Position numbers and translations under genes: made by a program. A model generated the notes under the pieces. It worked only from the letters and a program-made list of their open reading frames with translations. It searched no databases and was not told the DNA's origin. Source: the human T2T-CHM13v2.0 reference genome, Homo sapiens. From it: a stretch of 64,000 nt of DNA. Location: the NCBI RefSeq assembly GCF_009914755.1, contig NC_060925.1; one strand, written 5' to 3'. Shown piece by piece: positions 47,170-59,187 of this stretch (positions are counted from its first letter, which is position 1; every line of letters begins with the position of its first letter).

Positions 47170-49430
47170 TCACTGCTTTATCCTAATTAAATTAAACCTA
47201 AAATATTTTATTCAGCTAGCGGCCAACATTTAATATTCTAGGAGAATAGAAGAGTTACAGACAAATTGAGACTTATTAATTATTAATAGTGATTACTTCT
47301 TTTGAATATAAATGGTCTTCTACATAGAATGGAGAAATAGTTGAGTAAGCTGGGCTTTAAAGCACTTTTCATTCTAAAGTATTTTCATTCTTTCGGTTGT
47401 TAATTTTTTAGGACAGAGATTCAAAATTGATTATTGAACTTAAACATTAAATTAACCCTATAATTTCCCAACTTATCCAACCATGCAAATAACGCCCTAG
47501 GCACCACTGACCCTGCATTTGCAAGGAGTTAGAAAATTAGGACAGTGGCTTTTTTGTCTGGACATTCTTTTAGCTGAATCTAAATATTCTTATTCTTAAC
47601 ATATAATGAGAATAAAGATATGAAATGATCAATATTTTAAATTCAGTGAAAGTGAACATTTTTATCTCACTGAAGTGACTATTTTTCATCAATTATAATT
47701 TCTATGATAACTTTAGGGATGTCTTGCATTTATTTTATCACAATGTTATTTTAAACACAAACTGATGTAACTAAAACTTATAAACATTTAATTTGCACGC
47801 TAAACACCAGCTCCACATTTGTAAAGAAAAAAAAAACTTAGTATTACCTAGTGCAGAACTTCATCCAGTATTCTGTGATTTTCGAGATATCTGAGACAAT
47901 CATTAAGCAAAATTTGACTAAGCAAAGATATATTAATATTACACCTGCTGGGACACAATAAAGTTGACTGAATCTTACAATACTCCCTTGCTGTATCTTA
48001 TTAGGGGTATTATCAACCCTCATTGGCTTAGGTAAGTTAAAGAAATTTGGGAAGTTATTAGAAATTTTTAAACAAGTCAATTATCAGGTCAAATATACAT
48101 ATTTTTTTATACCACTAACACTTGGTGTAGTATGTGGAAGACATTAGAGCATGGGCAATTAATCATAAAATAAAAGTGTTGTAAGGTCCCTATTTGGAAA
48201 CAGGAGTGGCAGGATTAAAGCATAGATTAACCTTGATCTACACTATTTAAGCCACGTAAAATTTCCGAATAAATATTTAAATTAAATATAAATTGTTGCA
48301 CTTTTCAACAATGATAGAGGTTGAATGTAAGAAAAAAATCAATAAACAGAATAAGACTCAATCAATAAATTTTTTTAAAAGGAAGAAAAAAGCTTACGAT
48401 AATCATTACAGGAAAAGACATGAAGTAAGATGATTCTCAAAAATGCCATATATTTCAATCATGATAATAAATATTAAAGTACAACATTTATCAGCTGAAA
48501 GGAAGAGATCAGTTTGAAATGAAACAAATTACCATAAGAATTATGTAATTTACAGGAGAAATATCTATAATGTAAGAGCTTGGAAAGCTTATATAAAACT
48601 ATTTGGAAAAAAAATGCATCTGGTGTAGATTCACCAAAATAAAGCTAGAATAACTATATGAATATTACAAAATAGACATTAAACTCAATAGTGTCTTTAG
48701 AAGTAGATATGGTTATAGTAGTTTGAAAGCTTCAATTATTCAGATAGATTTAATAATTGTACACTTAATTTCAGTTAATTCTATGGTCTCAATATATAAA
48801 GACAAATGATTAGAATTATAAGAAGAAACTATATATCATAGAACAATTCAATATATCTCTGTAAAATATTGACCAATAAAGTAGAAATAATTAGGAAATG
48901 TATAAGACATTTGAGAAACATAATTAATATGTTATTTAAGAAGCAGGTATAGAATCATAGAATTAATATGTTATTTAAGAAGCAGGTGTACAATAACTTG
49001 AAGAAACGTAAGTTCAAAGCTTACATGAAATAATTACAAAATGTAAATAATCACAAAGCCTTAAAGCAAGCCTCAAAAAATTTCAAAGATTCAGTATTAT
49101 AAATACAATGTTTTCTGTTCATAGTAGAATTTTGATTGGATTTAAATATAAAAGAAGGTATAAAAAAGCAGAAAATGTATTTCCATATAACTCATGAGTC
49201 AAGTTATCAAAATGGACATTTGAACATACTTAGAATTGAATGATAATAAAACTATCAAATAACAACTTCATGGGATATAATAAAATTTGTAATGTCAACT
49301 ATTATAAAAATTTTTGAAAATTCAAGATAGACATCCAATTTAAGAAATAAAGGAAGCATGCAGTCAAGTAAATTATGAATAATAAAACAAATTATTAAGA
49401 TTAAAAGGAGATTCTCAAAATGAAATTTGA

Positions 49431-49584
49431 TTCAGTAAAAAGACCATTGTCTTCAGTAAAAAGACCTATGTTTTCAAGTTGAATTGAAAGCCAAAACATA
49501 TTTTAACTATATTTTAAACAAGTTGAATTGAAAGCCAAAACATATTTTAACATATTTTAACCATAACCAAAACATATTTTGACC
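49431..49584. repeat. Cluster of local direct duplications (15-bp x2, 33-bp x2, partial copies)
   Basis: TTCAGTAAAAAGACC at 49431 and 49452. CAAGTTGAATTGAAAGCCAAAACATATTTTAAC at 49475 and 49519. Confidence 0.9.
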
Positions 49585-50086
49585 ATATCCCTTATTACTG
49601 AGGGAGGTATTTCTTCCCTAGTGCTGTGGGGATGACTTGGACAGAAACCACTGGACACTATACAGATGTAGACTGACAGTTTACTGGTCACCTGCACTAA
49701 CAGCCTGAGAGAAAAGGACACTGCATATCACAGAGAGATGCATAGATGTTACACTCAGAAAGAGAGTGAACAACTAGAAGATGTGGAAGGCAAGCTTTTT
49801 AGTATTAAGAGGGTAGGTTGGGATGTTTTCTGGTTCCTGGTAAAGGATGAGATTGTCTTGTTTTAATAATTCTTCAGGCTTGCTGTGAACTGAACCTACT
49901 ATTCAGCAATAGGCAAAACTATACCTGTTCCCTTTAATAAGGTGGATATTTTGGCTTGGGGAACTTATCCATGAAAAAAAAAATGGGGAGGAGAACTTGC
50001 AATTAGGCAATTTTAAGTCCCCCTTGATTTTACCAGATGTCAAAGAAGCACAAAATATGGATTTTTAATTTTAGGTCTTACCTATA
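49576..50086 (-). mobile_element. MER74A solo LTR (ERVL), second copy
   Basis: Collinear with 17605-18102: GACAGTTTACTGGTCAC, GAACTTATCCATG and TTTACCAGATGTCAAAGAAGCAC. Confidence 0.82.
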
Positions 50087-50409
50087 AAACCAGTGCAAAA
50101 AAAACCCCACAAGTAAATAAATGCATATATAAATAATAAATAATATAAAAATAGTAAAAAAAAATGCATTATTTATACATGAAATGTTACCTACACAAAT
50201 ATTTTAAGCATGATTTACAATAGAACCAGTAAGTTCTCCCGTTTTCAGATATTAAATAGTTATAAAATAGATAACAAATTATAGTAAACTAGAAAATGTT
50301 ATTTTTATTTTGTTCAATTTTAGAATAGGAACAAAAACAGTAAAAATATCAGAAGGAAATCTAACAAAAGATAACACATTTATGGAGATAATTACAAAAG
50401 TCTTTGATA

Positions 50410-51047
50410 GAGTGTAGCAGAAAGATAAATTAGGTCAACCACCACTTTTTAAATTTTCTGGTAAATGTGCATTATTATATTGCATTAATTAAAAAAAACT
50501 GAAAACCACATTTCTCACATTCCCTTGCAGTTTAGATTCCAGAAGATATTTAAGCTCTATCAATCCAACTTGGATTTGAGCATTGTACCCAACTGAACTT
50601 GGACTTGAATTTGGAGTCAAATTCCATTGGGGATTTTGCCAGTGTGCAAGGCATTTATTTTTGCTGTTGCATTTCTTTTAGAACCAGTTTGGCTCTGGAG
50701 TCAAGAATTCTCAAAACAGCTTTCTGAACCTGAATCGCAGTAAAGCTGGTGTTCTCCTGAAGCCAACATTTATGGTATCACCTTGCTGATCCAGGCAAAA
50801 TGGCAAACGTGTAGTGAACATAAAGCCAGGGGCTGAGATTGTGGATGTCCTCTGTACCAAGTTTCTTATCATGGCAAGGGTAGAAGTTCACCAGGTCAGT
50901 AATGTGATTTTGTCCAAAGAGCCATTTCTGGAGATCTAGCCTAAACATTGCTCCTCCAACTCTTCCCATAATTTGTTAACAATTGAATAATTGTTCTGTT
51001 TAAAATAGTTTGGATATTTTATGTTTTCTGCAACTTTACTGTTATCA
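50410..51047 (+). mobile_element. LTR33-family solo LTR
   Basis: AAAACCACATTTCTCACATTCCCTTGCAG and TTGCTCCTCCAACTCTTCCC...GTTTTCTGCAACT motifs. Confidence 0.7.
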
Positions 51048-51324
51048 TAACAAAGACATAAATAAAGATCTAAATAAAGTCGGAAATACACTCTTACAGA
51101 AAAGGTTTACTATTAAAAGGATATAGGTGCTTTTCAAATGAGTTGATATATTGTTTCCCCTGAAATTTTATTGATTCTAAAATGTATGCAGAAATATTAT
51201 ATTAACAATTATTAACATAATATGAAATAATTATGGTAAAAAAAAATGTATTGACATAGGGAAAGAAAATAAACCAAAGCGGCAGTAAATCAAATTCCTA
51301 AGAACTCAGACGTAGGTCCTTGTT

Positions 51325-51470
51325 CACATTCATTCATTCAATAATATGTACTTATTCAACAAATATTTAGTTATTGCTAAGTCAGAAACTGTTTATAGGC
51401 TGTGAAAAACATAGGGAACAAAAGATAAAAATCTGTCCTTATTTAGCTTCTATTCTGGAGCAGGGAATAA
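51325..51470 (-). mobile_element. L2 3' end
   Basis: (CATT)n...TTCAACAAATATTTAG...TTTAGCTTCTATTCTGG. Confidence 0.65.
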
Positions 51471-51654
51471 CAGAACGCATTTTCTAAACAATTGTATTTT
51501 CTAATTAGTGCAAAAGTATAATTTAATTTCTGTCTCATACTATACACAGAACAACATATATCATTGAAAAAATTTTAAAAAACCAAAAAGGCTCATTAAA
51601 ATTATTTAGTATATTTAAATATTGTCAATTAAAAATAAAATTAAAAAAATGATT

Positions 51655-52041
51655 TAGAGTTTCAGTTCTGACATGCAAAGTGCTAGTCTAAGTCCTCACT
51701 CTATGCCTTTTAATAAAAAAAAAAAAGGTGGGCACACTATACATCAATGACTTTTGTGAGACTTCTGTTCTGTGAAAGATATCATTTATAGAATCAATAA
51801 TCAAGCCACAAATTGAAAGAGCAACATGTATCTGATAAAGAACATTTATCATAAGATAAAGAGAGCTTTAAAAACTCAATGATAAAATAATACACTCAAA
51901 ACATGGGCAGAAAATCTGAATAAGTATCATCCAAGATATTCAGATGGTAACATATGAAAAGAAAGTAAATATCATTTGTGATTAAGAAAATGTAAACTAA
52001 CAAAATAATGGCATACTACTACATGACAATTAGAATGGCCC

Positions 52042-52073
<32 letters not shown>

Positions 52074-54815
52074 CAACCAAAAACGTGACAATGAAAATAT
52101 TTAGCAAGAATATGGAGAAAAGGAACACTCAATAACTACTAGTAGGAATACAAAATTATACATCTACTTTGGAAGACAGGCTGTCAGTTTCTTTCAAAGC
52201 TAAACATAGTGTTATATTATTCAGCAATTCCCTCCTAGGTATTTACCCAGATGATTTGAAATCATGTTCATACAAAGACCAGCATTTAAAAGTTTGTAGA
52301 AATTTATTCATAATCAACAAAACCTAGAAGCAATCAAGTTGTCCTTTAAACAGATGAATGAATAAACACACTGTGGTACATCTAATATGATGGGCTACTA
52401 TTCAGATATAAAAAGGAATGAGCCATGCCAGAACATTGATGAATTTTACATACATATTGCTAAGTAAACAAAACAAGTTTGAAAATAGTACATAATGTAT
52501 GATTCCATTTAGATGACATTTTTGAAACAGCAAAACTGTACACACAGTAAAAAAGTTCCCTGGTATTAATGGTGGGGAGAGTGTTTGGGGAGTAAATCAT
52601 AGGGGATTTTTTAAAGGAGAGTATTTTGAGTGATAGGGTAATGGTGGATACATGACACTGAATTTGTCAAAACTCATGGACCTTTCTAGCATAAAGAATA
52701 AACCTTAATTTATACAAAATAAATAATTTAGGATAGCTGATTATCCCTATTTGGAAGACAAGCTGTGAAAAAAGTATAAATGCATTACAAATATATAAAA
52801 TAATCTCAATAAGAGGAATGAGAATAAAAGGTTCTGAACTTAGTAATTTTGGAAATAACTGGAGAGTATACTGTTAGAGGGAAAAAATGTACTCTACCTG
52901 ATAAAGCTGTTTGTCTCCTATGATAACAATTCTGAAACCATAATACACGTATAACAGAATCAAATAGTTAAGCATATACATAGCAGGTGGCAGAGGCCTT
53001 GTTTCTCACTGTTGGACTGAGGTTACAGACAAATAAGGGAGAAGTCTTGAATGATCTTTGTGCAATGTATTAAAATTAACATCAGTACAAACCCATTTTT
53101 AGCTTGAAATATGTGGTGTTATGTACACATAGAAATATTAATACTTGTCTGTATATATACTGATTAATATGCACAAATACATTGTCTTGTTCTGCAGCTT
53201 AGTGGGCCTCAAAACACTGCCACCATAGCAGTCATAACAAGCCTAGTGCCCAGATCTTGGATTCTGAAATCATTCTTCAATAAAAGTAACAAGGTCTCTT
53301 TGAAGAAATATCTGCTTCTAGGTTCAGGACAAAAAATATCGAGTGATCCTGGAGCTTCTTGTAGTGCCATAAAGGATGGAGGTACTAAAATAGCTACAAT
53401 GAGGGGTATATCAAGGGAACACAGGAGCCAACTAAATGAGTTCCCAATGGCCAAAGAGGAATACTTTGAGCAACAAGATACGTAAAGTTGCAACCAAAGT
53501 ATAAACTGAATATTCATGAGTTTATACCGATTTGAAAAAGTAATTAAATAAATAATTGTAGAAGATGAGGCAAATATCTCATGCAGAAGAATTCCAAATA
53601 ATTTATGATTTATGTGGATGCTTAGTCCTCAAGCAGGAAAAGTATAACTGCCTTCTCTTTTGGTGCGACATGCGGTTTATGACTTTACAAAGAGGAGAAA
53701 AGAGTAACTTTACAGTTGGGAAATCTGAACAATACTACCTCAGCCAGGTATCAGAGTTAACAACAGTTATATGTTATGTTGATAGTATGTATCCTTGAAA
53801 TGATCTGATAAGAATGGCACTTTACCTCTTTGGTGTTCCGCTAAAAAGTTCATTGTCTCAGTTCAATCATAAGATTAAAATTAGATAAACCTCAATCTAG
53901 GAAAATTTTACAAAATATTTGAACAGCACTGCTCAAACCTATCAAGGTTATAAAAAGCAAAAAATGTCTGTGAAACTGCCGCAGCCAAGAAGACCCTAAG
54001 GAGCCATAACTAAATGTAATTTTACATTATGAAAAGGAACTTAAAAATAACTACATAAAAAAACTAAGAAAATCTGAATAAAGTATGGACATGAAATAAT
54101 CATAACACACTAATATTAGTTCATTAATGGTGACAAATATTCTAGCATAATATGTCAGTAGTAGGAGAAACTGGGCATGATATATGTGGAAACTCCGTGG
54201 AATCTTTGTGACATAACCGGGTATCCCAGCCTCAAAATACATTTAAATTGTTTTTTCCTCTCTGGCTCTCAGCCTTGAAACATACTTTGAAACTCTTTGT
54301 TTTTCCCTTTTCCTCCAGCCACCTCTGTGAATAATGCTCACTTATCTAATTATGTACTTTCTTAGAAAATTCCAAGGGCCAATTTTGAAACAAACCAGGC
54401 AGAGAGACCCAGATGCAGAATCCTGCAGGCTGAGGGATGTTAGGAAGAGTTAGCCCACCACTGCTGCGCTGAAACCAGGATGACGCAAACTGGGCCTCAG
54501 GCCAAGTAAGTTCTCAGGATAATCATGGAAACAAGACACACAGACCTGCACCCTCCTGCGCCACGTCCACATGTTTCCCACACCAAATTTTCCTTCTTAA
54601 ACCCCTTCACTCAGCCCAAAAAGTTGGTATGGTCCTTTAAAGGCAAGAGCCTGCCCTTCCCCAGTTGCTAGCATTTGAATACATTCTCTTTCCTTTTACT
54701 CACACCTCACTTCTCATGTTTTCCATCTCTGAGAGGCAAGCAGCCTGACTTGAGCTGTTTACTGTGACATTGCTTTACATCTAAAACTATTCTAAAACAA
54801 AAAGTTTATTTAAGA
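51655..54815 (+). mobile_element. L1MC3-like element (short 5'-like stub, ORF2 3' end, long 3' UTR), interrupted by an LTR
   Basis: L1MC3 3' UTR motifs CCTAGTGCCCAGATCTTGG and CCTGGAGCTTCTTGTAGTGCCA. Terminus ATCTAAAACTATTCTAAAACAAAAAGTTTATT. Confidence 0.8.
54212..54763 (+). mobile_element. ERV1 solo LTR (LTR29/LTR48-like)
   Basis: CATAACCGGGTATCCCAGCCTCAAAATACATTT start and CTTATCTAATTATGT...TTTGAAACAAACCAGGC. 4-bp TSD GTGA at 54208-54211 and 54764-54767. Confidence 0.75.
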
Positions 54816-55219
54816 GCATTGAAAGACTTGACAATATTTTAAAAATCTGTTTAACAAAATACATCACATTAAAAGTTATAACATTTGGAAAAGATAATGG
54901 TAACATTTGAAACTGATAAAGATAAGTATGCAAATTACTTAAAGAAATTCTATTTTGAAAGGGAATTTGAATAAGCAGTTTGAGAAACTGAACCTCTAAT
55001 ACCTAATAAAATATTAAAAGGCTCAAATTCACTGATAATCAGAGAAATGCATATTACAATAGAGTCCATTACATATCCATAGGCTGGGCAAATTAAACTA
55101 TTAGCAAATGTTGATGGGAATGTGGAAGCTCTTGGATCCTGAGAATGGGCCAATAAATAAGTCAAACCACATTGGAGAGACATTGGCAATATATAACAAA
55201 ATTAAAACTGCATGTACTG

Positions 55220-55476
55220 TTGCAAAAATGTAAAACCATGTGATTTTATTACATCTTTTTAGAAAAATAGTAATTTTTAACAGAATTTTATTGACATAAA
55301 ATAGTTGTTTTGTTATTTTTGAAATAAACTACTATTTTATACAATTCTCAATTTTGATTTTTAATATATTGAATGCTTAATAGTTATAATCCTCATAAAC
55401 AGATGATCTTTGGGATGCTCAATACCTTTTAAGAGCATAAATGGGTCTAGAGATCAAAAAGTTTGAAAACTGATTC
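55220..55476. mobile_element. Charlie1-type hAT terminal fragment
   Basis: CATAAACAGATGATCTTTGGGATGCTCAATA...GAGATCAAAAAGTTTGAAAACTG resembles a Charlie1 end. Confidence 0.7.
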
Positions 55477-55798
55477 CCTAAAGGAATCCTTCCACATGCA
55501 TTCTGATAAGGAAACATTTATCAGAAATTGCATGTGCTACATGGCATACTACAGGACATTAGTGTGGAAAGCTGAAAGTAACCTATCTGGGATTGATAAA
55601 AATAAATTCATTGTATATTTTTAATACAACAAAATTTTTAAAATTTAGTGATTAGAATAATTATATTGGTACCAATATGAATGAATCCACAAAACATGAA
55701 GTGTTCAAAAAGTAGTTTACTGAGTATAAGAACATGTAAATTTAAAACCACAACATAAAAACCACTCTGTATACTCTGTATAGATTTTTATATATAAC

Positions 55799-56149
55799 TG
55801 ATATGGTTTGGCTGTGTCCGCATCCAAATCTCACCTTGAATTTTAATAATCCCCAAGTGTCAAGGGCGAGGCCAGGTGGAGATAATTGAATCATGGGGAC
55901 ATTTTCTCCCATACTGTTCTCCTGGTAGTGATTAAGTCTCAAGAGATCTGATGGTTTTATAGCAGTTTCCCTGCATAAACTCTCTTGCCTGTTGCCATGT
56001 AAGACATATCTTTCTTTCCCTTCACCTTCTGCCATTAATCTGAGCCCTCCCCAGCCATGTAGAACTGCGAGTCAATTAAACCTCTTTCCTTTATAAACTA
56101 CCCAGTCTTGGGTATGTCTTTATTAGCAGTCTGAGAACAGACTAATGCA
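55799..56149 (+). mobile_element. THE1B-type solo LTR
   Basis: TGATATGGTTTGGCTGTGTCC...GTCAATTAAACCTCTTTCCTTTATAAA...AGAACAGACTAATGCA. Confidence 0.92.
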
Positions 56150-56990
56150 ATATTCAAGTATAAAAACATCTATGGAAAGAATATACATTAATTGTAGGCT
56201 AATGATAATCTTGGAGTTGGGTGGAACGATGAGGAAGAGCTTCACTCACATTTTAAACATTTATTATGTTTTAAATTGAGGAAATAAATTTTTCAAATGT
56301 AAATATTCATTAAGTGCAATGTTTGACAGATTGATGGTTTGGTATAATGTCCTCTATATTCTGAAGTGTTAAAACATGCAAAACGTAAGTTGGTATGTGT
56401 GAGGTATATGTGTGTGTGAGAGAGAGAGGAAAAGAAAGAAGGAGGAAGAGAGATTTAGAATTCTATATTAAAATTAGGATAATTTTTAACATTTTGGGAA
56501 TTCCTAAGGATGTTACAAAATTCAGAATTCATAAAAGGTATCCTCATCTCAATTGAGAATTTACATCGATCAATTTGTGGAATAGCTTGTAAAAACCAGT
56601 TAATCTGCTAAAAATAAATGAGGAAATTTGGGCAAAATATTAATAATATGTGCTTGAAAAATCTAGAAACTTTTCAAGGTTGTAAGTATTAGCAGTGCTG
56701 CTTTTAATAAATGTCTTGAATTCCTTTCAAGAACAGAAACCTTAAATGAGTTCAGCATCCTTTCACCTTCAAGGCATTTTAAGTATCTATATACAGCAGT
56801 GGAAGGGCTAAGAAATAGAAAAAAAACCTGAGGGATTCATGAAGATAGCAAGAAAAATTGTATTTTGTTTCTTGTAATGTAAGTTTCCTAACAAACATTC
56901 CAGGATACAAATTGGAGCACTAAACAACTACATTTGTGAATTAAGAGTAAACCAATAAGGGCCCAGTCCTCACAAAGGAAAAAACACAGC

Positions 56991-57357
56991 TATTTATTTA
57001 TTTATTTATTTATTTGTGTTTGAGACACTATCTCACAGTCACCTAGGCTGAAGTGCCCCCACTGGATCTCAGCTCACTGCAACCTCAGGCTCCTGGGGTC
57101 AAGGGGTCCTCCTACTTCACCTTCCCCAGTAGCTGGGACTACAAGTGCAGGTGAATCTAGCTAACTTTGTATGTATAAATGTTTGTTTGTTTGTTTGAGA
57201 GAGATATATATATATATATACACACACACACATATATATGTAGAGACAGGGTTTCTCCTTGGTGCCCAGTTTGGTCTTAAACTCCTGGTCTCAAGTGATC
57301 CTCCTGCCTTGACTTCACAAATGTTGGGGTTACAGGCTTGAGCCACTGTGCCCAGCC
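56991..57357 (-). mobile_element. AluJ with a (TTTA)n tail and a microsatellite in the linker
   Basis: CTCAAGTGATCCTCCTGCC AluJ form. TSD AARCACAGCT on both sides. Confidence 0.9.
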
Positions 57358-57399
57358 AAGCACAGCTTTAAAACCTTGTGAATCCAGATGAAATTTAGG

Positions 57400-58990
57400 A
57401 ATTTTGGATTGCTTGTGTCCAGTTACTAGCCAGAGAAAATATTAACCAAACTGTAAGGGAATGTAATATCCAGAGTTACAAATAATTTCTGTACTTTTTC
57501 ATATAAAATATCAAGAAATCAAATAAAAATAGGCACACACACAGCAATATGAATAACAAAAAGAAGTAAAAAATAGAAATCGGAAGCTAATTCAGATAAA
57601 AGAGTTATCAGACACAAAGTTTAAGATACCTGTAGTTTGTATGTACAGTAATAGAAAAGCACACATTTTAGAATAATTTTCAGAAAACTAGAAATTTTTA
57701 AATAGAAATTTTAGAACCAAAATTACAATTAAAATTAAAGACTCAATAGCTAGAATTAAAAGCTGATTAAACATGAATGGTAAGAAGATAGGTAGAAAGT
57801 GGGAAATGGGAAAAATAAAATATCCTAAATAGATCACCAAAAGACAAAAGAATACAAAACACAGCAAAATGTTTCAAAAAGAGAGCGGACAAAAGATGTA
57901 TTTAGAAATAAAATTATTCAAAAATGATGAAAGGCATCAAATAAGAGAGCTAAAGAAACCGAATATAAAGGACAAATAAGATCAATTTTAAAAATAACTA
58001 GGCACAATGTATTTCAAAAGTTAACAAAGACAAACCTTAAATCAAAGTAAAAGAGGTATCATGCTTTAAAGAAAAACAAGACTGACAGCTATTTCCCAAA
58101 AGAAGCAATAATAAAAACAGAAAATAATGGAAAGAGATCTTTATGATGCTAAAAGAAAACAACTTCCAGCAATAGAATTGTATACCTAGCTAAGCTATTA
58201 TTTTGAAATGAAAGTGAAATAAAGATATTTTTGAAAAAAAATTTGAAAGAATTAGTCATCAGTGTATCTATAATAGTAGAATAGAACTATTATTGGAAAG
58301 AAACAAAAATGTAATTCTTTGCAGACCCTATGATTTAGTACATTGAAAATTTAATAAATCATTCTATATACTATTAGAATAAATAAATCGATTTAGCAGG
58401 AGTGTTTTATATAAGGACAACATAAAAATAGTATATCTATCCAGTGGAAACAAATAAAAAGAAAATTTAAAATACTTTCAGTAACCTTTAAAACATCAAA
58501 TATTTAAGAATTTTACTTTGGGAGACCAAGGCAGGTGGATCACAAGGTCAGGAGTTCAAGACCAGCCCTGTCTCTACTAAAAATACAAAAAATAAACAAA
58601 TAAATAAATAAATAAATAAAATTAGCTGGGTAAGGTGGCGGGTGCCTGTAATCCCAGCTACTTGGGAGGCTGTGGCAGAGAACTGCTTGAACTTGGGAGG
58701 CAGAGGTTGCAGTGAGCCGAGATCATGCCACTGCACTCCAGCCTAGGCGACAGAGTGAGACGCTGTCTCAAAAGAAAAAAAAAATTAAGAAAAGATAGCC
58801 AATATTTTTACACAGAAAACAATATAGCATTTTTGAGAGAAAGAATTGAATAAAATATAATAAATTTATGGATTGAAAGATTAAATATTGAAGTAGTCCC
58901 CATTCTTCCCAAAATAATCCCTATATCATTTTAACAAATACAGTTTTTTTTTGCTATGGAACTAATTGTTCTACAAAATTAACAGAAATT
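57400..58990 (+). mobile_element. Very diverged L1ME ORF1/ORF2 fragments
   Basis: GAGTTATCAGACACAAAGTTTAA and TAGAATTGTATACCTAGCTAAGCTATTATTTTGAAATGAAAGTGAAATAAAGATATTTT. Confidence 0.55.
58516..58784 (+). mobile_element. AluS, 5'-truncated, with a ~20-bp internal deletion and a (TAAA)n linker
   Basis: Starts ACTTTGGGAG. ACCAGCC joins directly to CTGTCTCTACT. Confidence 0.92.
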
Positions 58991-59024
58991 GACTTATTTA
59001 ATTTTCATAGCAACAAAATGATAT

Positions 59025-59187
59025 CGTTATTATGGTTATTTCCATTTTATTTGAGAAACCTGAGGCCCAGAGATTAAAAAAAAAAAAAATCATGCTCATC
59101 ACACTGAAGTAAATAGAAGGGTAAGTAAACAAACCCAGGCAGTTGGTTCCAGAATCTCCAACATTAATTAGTATATTGTGCTGTCTA
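59025..59187 (-). mobile_element. MIR
   Basis: TTATTTCCATTTTATTTGAGAAACCTGAGGCCCAGAGA...AAACCCAGGCAGTTGGTTCCAGA. Confidence 0.7.

Larger units (their letters stand above)
48270..51650 (+). mobile_element. Very diverged L1ME ORF2 pieces (host of MER74A, LTR33 and L2)
   Basis: A-rich sense L1-like motifs, e.g. AAAGCAAGCCTCAAAAAATTTCAAAGATT and AAATAAAGATCTAAATAAA. Confidence 0.55.

Noticed and set aside
48029-48037. Consensus splice donor TAG|GTAAGT
   Set aside because: No convincing upstream acceptor or coding frame. Isolated matches are expected in 64 kb.
52049-52073. Long poly(A) as a retrocopy tail
   Set aside because: It is an expanded A-run inside continuous L1 ORF2 sequence with no TSD. 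The same applies to 9493-9511.
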